Shown here in pieces: positions 57,869 through 64,000 of a stretch of DNA of 64,000 bases; within the stretch, counting starts at the first letter, position 1; the number at the start of each line of letters is the position of its first letter. Origin of the DNA: a bacterium (GTDB taxonomy: Archaea; Thermoplasmatota; E2; JACPAO01; JAHFTW01); contig JAZJZE010000009.1 in assembly GCA_040390065.1 (NCBI GenBank), positions 474,930-538,929 of the forward strand, written 5' to 3'. The notes under the pieces were generated by a model. The model was not told the origin of the DNA, made no database searches, and was given only the letters and a program-made list of their open reading frames with translations. The position numbers and the translations under genes are program-made.

Positions 57869-57968
57869 AGGCCGCCCAGCGCTGGGGTCCTCATGGCCTT
57901 GGCGATGGCGGGGTGCGACGCCGAACGCTTCCGGCAACCCTTTGTCCAGGCAGGTGGCTCCAGGAGAC

Positions 57969-58394
57969 ATGGGCGACGCGGACACGCTCTCCCGGTTGCA
58001 CTTTCCCCGCGGCCTCGAACTCGGCTTGGCCGGCGGCGTCCTTCTGCGCTTCTCCGAGGTGGAGATCGAGACGAAAGGCAAGCTGCACGAGCCGCGGCCG
58101 GACTTTGCCATCCGTCTCGGAGCCAAACTGGGCGACGTGCGTCTGCTCGAGATCATGATGCCGGAACTGGGCATCCTTCTGGCGCAAGTGGCGGCCTCCG
58201 CTGACCACGAGGATGCAACGCTGGAATTGACGGCGGGGCCGCGCCAATTGAAGCGCATCGCCGAGGCCGCGCAGGCCGTGGGGGCCGCGCCGGAGCCGCA
58301 GCAGCTTGCCGCCAGTGCCGACTGGATGACTGCCGTGTTCGACCTTCCCGCCTACGACCCCGGCTACTTGTCCGTCATCCCGGCCGTGGCTTGA
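57969..58394 (+). CDS. Hypothetical protein
   Basis: AGGAG RBS; host-like codon usage. Confidence 0.55.
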   Translation: MGDADTLSRLHFPRGLELGLAGGVLLRFSEVEIETKGKLHEPRPDFAIRLGAKLGDVRLLEIMMPELGILLAQVAASADHEDATLELTAGPRQLKRIAEAAQAVGAAPEPQQLAASADWMTAVFDLPAYDPGYLSVIPAVA

Positions 58395-58992
58395 TCCAGT
58401 CGCGCAGCAGGTCCATCTGCTGGATGACGGACATCCACCCGTCGTCGCCTTGACCGCAATTGAGCCGCGCCATGCGGTCCCCGGCACGGACGATGACCTC
58501 GCCGCAGTCGGCGATGCCGACGGGCTTTGGGTCCTGCGCGCGGGCAAGGGCGGCGTCGATGGCGCGCCATGCGGCATCGCGGTCGCTGGCCGAAAGGGTG
58601 GCCGTGCGCACCTCGACGATGCGGACCCCATCCGGGCCTCCGGCCGCCCCGTAGATGGTGCCGTCCGAGAACAGGGGCTCGACGATGGGTCGCCACTGTG
58701 ACAGGTTCTGCGGGATGATGACGGCCGACTCCGACGCGCCGTTCCCGTTCATGCGGATCTGGTAGCCGACGTACAGCACGTGGCCGTCGCGGTCCAGGCC
58801 GACGTACGGCAGCGTCGGGCCGTAGCCGTCCGGGCCGACGGGGATGAACCCATACGTCCGGCCCTCCTCGACGGCGGGGCCGCCCCACGCCGACCAGGCA
58901 CCCGCTGCGGCGCCGGGCGTGACGGGCGTGGTCGAGCCGCAGCCGGCAAGAAGCGTCCCGATTGCGACAATGGTGAGGAGCGAAATGCGCAT
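58375..58992 (-). CDS. Hypothetical lipoprotein
   Basis: LLAGC lipobox. Confidence 0.65.
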   Translation of the reverse strand: MRISLLTIVAIGTLLAGCGSTTPVTPGAAAGAWSAWGGPAVEEGRTYGFIPVGPDGYGPTLPYVGLDRDGHVLYVGYQIRMNGNGASESAVIIPQNLSQWRPIVEPLFSDGTIYGAAGGPDGVRIVEVRTATLSASDRDAAWRAIDAALARAQDPKPVGIADCGEVIVRAGDRMARLNCGQGDDGWMSVIQQMDLLRDWIKPRPG

Positions 58993-59050
58993 CGACTGGG
59001 ATGGATGCGCCGGGGCCATGAACGTCGCGGTTTTGTTGGGGACGTGCCGA

Positions 59051-59392
59051 CTACGCGAGGCGGCTGACGAGTTCCTTGCGGGCCGCCTCGAAGAGGCGTT
59101 CCGCCTGGCCGGCTTGGTCCGCCGTCGGCATTGCCCCGCCCTTGGCTCCCTGCTCCATGGCCTTGCAGAGGGCGGCAAGCTCCAAAGCACCAAATGTCGC
59201 GGCCGTCGACTTGAGGGTGTGGTAGCTGCGCTGCGCCGTCACGATGTCCTTCATGCCGATGGCGGCGCGACCCTCCGCCAACTGCTTCGGGCCCTCTTCA
59301 AGGAACGCCTGGATCAGCTCCTTGACGACTTCGCGGTCACCACCCATGTCGTCCATGAGCACTCGGATCGCGCCCTCGTCAATTGCCGCCAC
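59051..59392 (-). CDS. Stand-alone Hpt phosphotransfer protein
   Basis: ELIQAFL, YHTLKSTAATFGA..L...C..ME. Confidence 0.88.
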   Translation of the reverse strand: MAAIDEGAIRVLMDDMGGDREVVKELIQAFLEEGPKQLAEGRAAIGMKDIVTAQRSYHTLKSTAATFGALELAALCKAMEQGAKGGAMPTADQAGQAERLFEAARKELVSRLA

Positions 59393-59463
59393 GCCCGGTG
59401 CAAGGGCCTTCCCCCTCAAACCGTTTCCCCAACGCACAAGTCCCCGCGCCGGCTGGCCTTGGT

Positions 59464-59877
59464 GTGACCGGTCCCCTGAACCTGCGCCGGCACCCGAAGG
59501 CAAGCCCCGTTGCAGAGCCGTGGCGTGATGCGCGCCTCGACGAGGGCTTGCGGCTGTTCAACGAGGGCCATCATTGGCACGCCCATGAAGCGCTTGAACC
59601 GCTTTGGATGGGACTGGAAGGCGAGGAGAAGCTGTTCGTGCAGGGCATCATCATGGCGGCCGCGATGCTCGTGCAGTATGACAAGCGCGTGGAGCGCGGT
59701 GTCGCCAACCACTGGGCCAACGTGCGGCAACGCCTCGCCGCGAGTGCACCGACGAAATGGGGAATCGACGTCGCCGGCCTCCTGGCGCAACTCGAGACCT
59801 ACGCCAACGCGGCCAAGGACGGGGCGTGGGGATTGCCCGCCGGGGCTGTCCGCATCACGCGCAAGCCCTTCAGTTGA
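59464..59877 (+). CDS. DUF309-family protein
   Basis: GLRLFNEG.HWHAHEALEPLW, QGII..AA. Confidence 0.8.
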   Translation: MTGPLNLRRHPKASPVAEPWRDARLDEGLRLFNEGHHWHAHEALEPLWMGLEGEEKLFVQGIIMAAAMLVQYDKRVERGVANHWANVRQRLAASAPTKWGIDVAGLLAQLETYANAAKDGAWGLPAGAVRITRKPFS

Positions 59878-60319
59878 GGCTGCCGGGCTCGTTGCCCGTG
59901 GCGACGGGGTAGCCTTCCTCGCGCCAACCCTCGATGCCGTTGAGCATCTCCTTGACCTTGAAGCCGAGGCCTGCCAGGCGCAGGGCCCCCTTGGTCGAGG
60001 CGTTGCAGCCGACGCCGGCGCAGTAGCACACGTACGTGGCGTTGCGGTCCAAACGGGCCGTGGACTCGGCCGTGATGTGGCGGTAGGGGAGGTTGACGGC
60101 GCCCGGGACGTGACCCTTGGCGTAGGATTCCGGGCGGCGGGTGTCGACCACGACGAGTCCGGCGATGCCCTTCTGGACATCCGCGTGCACGTCGCTGGGG
60201 TCCGTCTCGAAGGCCAGGCGGGCGGCGAAGTGGCCGACGGCGAGGGCGGGTTCGGCAGCAGGCGTCTCCAGGACGGCCGAGAAGCGGGCGACGTTGACTG
60301 CGGTGGGCACCGTGGTCAT
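59870..60319 (-). CDS. Rhodanese-like domain protein
   Basis: VVDTR, GHVPGA, YCAGVGCN, GIEGW. Confidence 0.88.
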   Translation of the reverse strand: MTTVPTAVNVARFSAVLETPAAEPALAVGHFAARLAFETDPSDVHADVQKGIAGLVVVDTRRPESYAKGHVPGAVNLPYRHITAESTARLDRNATYVCYCAGVGCNASTKGALRLAGLGFKVKEMLNGIEGWREEGYPVATGNEPGSLN

Positions 60320-60383
60320 GGGGATGGCCAGGCACGGCCGGCTCTTGAGGATGACGACCCGCGCGTTCGCACGACCGTGAACC

Positions 60384-60416
60384 TGTTCAATGCTTAACCT
60401 CCGACATGATTAAACA
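60384..60416. promoter_or_regulatory. AT-rich imperfect palindrome, candidate MarR operator/TATA
   Basis: TGCTTAA-N12-TTAAACA between the divergent rhodanese and marR genes. Confidence 0.4.
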
Positions 60417-60443
60417 TGGACACGGCTCACAGGGGTCCAACCC

Positions 60444-60893
60444 ATGGCCGCAAACCCCTCCGCCGACACGCTTGCCGGGCAGCTCGTCGATACCACGTTG
60501 CAGATCCTCTGCGCCATCCGCACCGAGATGCGCACCAGCACGGACCTCACGATGGCGCAGTTTCGCACCCTCATGCACCTGCACCGCTCCGCCGGCACCA
60601 GCCTCTCCGAACTGGCCGACGACGTCGGCGTGAGCCCGCCCGCCATGAGCAAGCTCATCGACGGCCTGGTGGAGCGCAACCTGGTGGCGCGTACACCGCA
60701 AGCCGAGGACCGCCGCCGCGTCGAACTGGTCGTCAGCCCCGAAGGTCGCCGCGTCCTCGACCGCGTCCGCCAGGCGGTGCGCGCCCGCCTCGCCGAACGG
60801 CTGGCGACACTGTCCGCCGGCGACCGCGGCGCCATCGCCGCCGCCCTCACGCACTTGGACAACGCACTCGACGCCCCAGAGGTACTCGCATGA
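60444..60893 (+). CDS. MarR-family regulator
   Basis: LTMAQF..L, LSELA, L...LV.R....DRR.V....EGR. Confidence 0.9.
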   Translation: MAANPSADTLAGQLVDTTLQILCAIRTEMRTSTDLTMAQFRTLMHLHRSAGTSLSELADDVGVSPPAMSKLIDGLVERNLVARTPQAEDRRRVELVVSPEGRRVLDRVRQAVRARLAERLATLSAGDRGAIAAALTHLDNALDAPEVLA

Positions 60894-62896
60894 GCGACGC
60901 CCGCTCAACGACGCCGGCCCCCACGCCGGCAGGCGGCCCAGCCGCCGACCCTGGTGCGACGCACAGCAAGCTCAGCCACCGCCAGATCCTCATCATCTTC
61001 TCGGGCCTGATGCTCGGCATGTTCCTGTCCGCGCTGGACAACACCATCGTCACGACGGCCCTGACGAGCATCGTCGGCGACCTCGGTGGCCAGAGCCAGG
61101 CGACGTGGGTCGTCACCTCGTACCTCCTCACGAGCACCATCACGATCCTGATGTGGGGCCGCCTGTCGGACATCTATGGCCGCAAGCTGCTGTTCCAGAT
61201 CTCCATCGGCGCATTCCTTGGCGCCTCCGCGCTCGTGGGCCTTGCCAACAGCATGACGTTCCTCGTCCTGGCCCGTGGCCTGCAGGGCATCGGCGCAGGC
61301 GGCATCATGAGCCTCGCCTTCGCCATCATCGGCGACATCCTATCCCCTCGCGAGAGAGGGAAGTACATGGGCCTCATGGGCTCCGTGTTCCTCTTTGCCA
61401 TGATCATCGGCCCGCTGCTTGGCGGCCTCATCGTGGAGCACATGCACATCGGCAACATCGCGCCGTGGCGCTGGGTGTTCTACATCAACATCCCGATCGG
61501 CATCCCGGCCTTGTTCATCACGGGCATCGTCCTGCGCCTACCCTTCCACAAGCAGCCCGGCAAGATCGACTTCCTTGGCTTCGGCCTCATGGCCCTCGGC
61601 ACCTGCTCCTTGATCCTGGGCTTGCTGTGGGCCGGCCAGCCCGCCAGCTGGGACCAATCATACAACCTGCGCTGGTTCCCCGGCGTCGGCGACGCGGCAC
61701 CCATCGGCGGCGTCGCCCCAAGCGCCGGCGTCGCCACGTTCCTCGGCGACTGGGTCGTCACGATCCTGCTTGCCGTCGGCGTCGTCGTGACGACGCTGTT
61801 CGTCTATAGCCAGGCAAAGGTCAAGCAGCCGCTCCTGCCGCTCAGCCTCTTCCGCCACCGCACGTACGCCCTCGGCTCCTTCGTGAGCTTCGTGGTGGGC
61901 GCCGCCATGTTCGGCGGCTTCGTCTTCCTGCCCACGTACCTGCAGATGAGCACCGGCGTGTCCGAGACCCTGTCGGGCCTCCTCATGTTGCCCCTCATGG
62001 CCGGCATGTTCCCCGCCATGACGATTTCGGGCATCCTTGTCAGCAAGACCGGCCGCTACAAGATCTGGCCACTCATCGGCTTGCCCGTCGGCGCCGGCGG
62101 GCTCCTATGGCTCTCGACCATCGGGGCATCGACGCCTTTGTGGTACACTGGCTTCGGCATGTTCCTCCTGGGCGCCGGCATTGGCTTCACCATGCAGGTC
62201 ATCGTCGTGGCCGTGCAGAACGTCCTCGAGCCGCGCCAACTCGGCATCGGCACGAGCGCCAACACGTTCATGCGCCAGATCGGCGGCGTCGTCGGCATCG
62301 GCTTGTTCGGCGCCTACTATGCAAGCCGCATCATCGCGCTCATCCCGAAGGCACTCGCCGCCGCAGCTGGGGACCCGACCGTCGACCTCACACCCATCAA
62401 GTCAGGCTTCCGCGTCGGCCCCGAGGCCGTGCACCAGTACCACGAGCCCCTGCACAGCATTGTGACCGGCGGCTTTGCGGACACCATCGCGCACATCTTC
62501 CTGTTCGCAGCACCCGTGATGCTGCTCGGCTGGGTCGCCGTCTTCTTCCTCAAGGAGATCCCCCTGCGCCAGACCCGCAGCGTCGGCGGCGCCGCAGCGA
62601 TGGAAGGCGGCCACGCACCCGATGCGCCATCAGCGCCGGCTTCGACGCCATCGCCCACGCCCGCCGCCCCGGTCCTTGCCGCGAGCGTTACGGCACGGAA
62701 TCCAAACAGTGGCAACGGCCACACGAATGGGGGCGGCACACCAGCGCGGCCCAGCCACGCCATTGCGCCGACCCCGCACCCGTCCGTCACGCTCCGTGAG
62801 CGCCCGGCGCAGTCCGCGTACACCATCGACGAACTGCACCGCCGCGTCGACGCCATCCCGCATCCGACGCAGCGCCCGATGCGCCGCCGGCGCTAG
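60890..62896 (+). CDS. MFS DHA2 (EmrB/QacA-type) efflux transporter
   Basis: LDNTIV, WVVTSYLL, GRLSDIYGRK, WRWVFYINIPIG; ATGA-coupled to marR. Confidence 0.93.
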   Translation: MSDARSTTPAPTPAGGPAADPGATHSKLSHRQILIIFSGLMLGMFLSALDNTIVTTALTSIVGDLGGQSQATWVVTSYLLTSTITILMWGRLSDIYGRKLLFQISIGAFLGASALVGLANSMTFLVLARGLQGIGAGGIMSLAFAIIGDILSPRERGKYMGLMGSVFLFAMIIGPLLGGLIVEHMHIGNIAPWRWVFYINIPIGIPALFITGIVLRLPFHKQPGKIDFLGFGLMALGTCSLILGLLWAGQPASWDQSYNLRWFPGVGDAAPIGGVAPSAGVATFLGDWVVTILLAVGVVVTTLFVYSQAKVKQPLLPLSLFRHRTYALGSFVSFVVGAAMFGGFVFLPTYLQMSTGVSETLSGLLMLPLMAGMFPAMTISGILVSKTGRYKIWPLIGLPVGAGGLLWLSTIGASTPLWYTGFGMFLLGAGIGFTMQVIVVAVQNVLEPRQLGIGTSANTFMRQIGGVVGIGLFGAYYASRIIALIPKALAAAAGDPTVDLTPIKSGFRVGPEAVHQYHEPLHSIVTGGFADTIAHIFLFAAPVMLLGWVAVFFLKEIPLRQTRSVGGAAAMEGGHAPDAPSAPASTPSPTPAAPVLAASVTARNPNSGNGHTNGGGTPARPSHAIAPTPHPSVTLRERPAQSAYTIDELHRRVDAIPHPTQRPMRRRR

Positions 62897-63384
62897 TAAC
62901 GGTCGCGGATACGCCTGGCCGGCACGCCCGCCCAGAACTCGCCGGCCGGCACGTCGCGGTTGACCAAGCTCATGGCTCCGATCACGGCGCCGTCGCCGAT
63001 TGTGACGCCGGCGAGGATGGTGCAGTTCGCGCCAATCGACACCGCCTTGCCGATGTGCACGTCCCCGAGCTGGTACGTCCCATGCGTGTACCCGTGCGAG
63101 AGGATCGTGGTGTTGTAGCCGATGACGCAGTCGTCGCCGATGTGGATGCGACCGGGGAAGAGCACGTCGATCTGCGCGTCGAGCCCAAGGCTCACGTCCC
63201 GGCCGATGTGGGCCCCGGCCACGCGCGCAAACCCTCGCCGCGCGGCGTACCACGGCATGCGGTTGGCGGCGCGCAGCCACACCCAGTTCCAGCCGACGCG
63301 CCAGCGGCTGACGTCGCGAAACGAGTACAGGAGGCTGTTGCGAGGCCCGCGGCTGGGGCGGACCTCGACGCCGGGATGGGGCAC
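62893..63384 (-). CDS. Hexapeptide-repeat acyltransferase
   Basis: IGDDCVIG, IGANCTILAGVTIGDGAVIGA, GVPAR. Confidence 0.85.
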   Translation of the reverse strand: MPHPGVEVRPSRGPRNSLLYSFRDVSRWRVGWNWVWLRAANRMPWYAARRGFARVAGAHIGRDVSLGLDAQIDVLFPGRIHIGDDCVIGYNTTILSHGYTHGTYQLGDVHIGKAVSIGANCTILAGVTIGDGAVIGAMSLVNRDVPAGEFWAGVPARRIRDRY

Positions 63385-63479
63385 GCTCGGCCATGGGCAG
63401 CGCGCTATATGGCGATGGAGGCGCTTCGTTCCAAGCGGTCCACCAGCGCATATGTATAGGCCCAGGGCCGGTGGGTTGC

Positions 63480-64000
63480 GTGGCCGAGGGTTCTCTTCTG
63501 GAGTTGCAGGGCTTGACGCGGCACTACGGCGCCGTGCGTGGCGTCGGGCCCATCGACCTCGAACTGGCTCCGGGAATCCACGGCCTCTTGGGACCCAACG
63601 GCTCCGGCAAGACGACGCTCATCAAGACCATCCTCGCGTTCCTGCCGCCGACGTCCGGCCGCTGCCGCGTCCTCGGGTTCGACATCGCGACCCAGGCGAT
63701 GCAAGTCCGTCGCCTCGTCGGCTACATGGCCGAGAACGACGTCGTCGTGCCCGGCCTGAACCCGGCGCAGACCGTCCGCCTCGCCGCCGAATTGTGCGGC
63801 ATGTCGCCGGCCCGCGCCCACGAAGCCGCCGCCGAGGCACTCCAGGCCGTCGGGATGGGCGAGGAGCGCCTGCATGCCCCCAATCGCTTGTCGACCGGGC
63901 AGCGCCAGCAGGTCAAACTCGCAGCCGCACTGGTCCACGCCCCGCGGCTCCTCATCCTCGACGAGCCCACCAACGGCCTCGACGCGCGCGCCCGTCGTAC
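63480..64000 (+). CDS. ABC exporter ATP-binding protein, 3'-truncated by window edge
   Basis: Hand-translated from GTG 63480: GPNGSGKTT, LSTGQRQ, LILDEPTNGLD. Confidence 0.9.
   Translation, partial: MAEGSLLELQGLTRHYGAVRGVGPIDLELAPGIHGLLGPNGSGKTTLIKTILAFLPPTSGRCRVLGFDIATQAMQVRRLVGYMAENDVVVPGLNPAQTVRLAAELCGMSPARAHEAAAEALQAVGMGEERLHAPNRLSTGQRQQVKLAAALVHAPRLLILDEPTNGLDARARR

Noticed and set aside
1-64000. Many long overlapping Arg/Pro/Ala-rich ORFs (e.g. 2150-3925, 8870-10873, 13598-15922, 49564-51603)
   Set aside because: Shadow frames of real genes in high-GC DNA with no family motifs
1-64000. tRNA, rRNA, SRP/RNase P RNA or CRISPR array
   Set aside because: No cloverleaf, conserved RNA signature or regularly spaced repeat array seen by eye; the island ends are not in a tRNA

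Overview
High-GC archaeal chromosome segment, most consistent with Thermoplasmatota (markers: membrane LonB, rfcS, rpoL, Csl4, TrmY, TruD, NadM, many LAGC-lipobox proteins; lineage is an inference). The backbone carries gcvPB (partial), an ATP-NAD-kinase-family gene, uppS, an aceB-aceA glyoxylate operon, a five-gene polysaccharide locus (GH26, LEA/WHy, membrane V4R, NdvB/CesA-like GT2, GT-C), an ABC importer, rpiA, orphan REC and Hpt genes, and marR-MFS. The main accessory feature is a ~15.3 kb element (25956-41252) bounded by a 14/15-identical direct repeat. Rejoining its flanks gives a 12-6-12 palindrome resembling a tyrosine-recombinase (dif-like) site, yet the element has no recognisable integrase or relaxase. 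It carries ArdC and ParB-like genes pointing at an oriT/ori-like hairpin, plus secreted cargo including a 1404-aa protein ending in a CLCA-type zinc metalloprotease next to a lipoprotein. The same RHH / secreted protein / lipoprotein layout recurs at 51.7-54.7 kb. Non-coding finds are a ~165-bp structured repeat present twice (16.8 and 44.3 kb) and a 156-bp MITE at the rpoL stop codon. No tRNA, rRNA or CRISPR array was seen. Start codons were adjusted by eye and all family calls come from motif recognition, not database searches.
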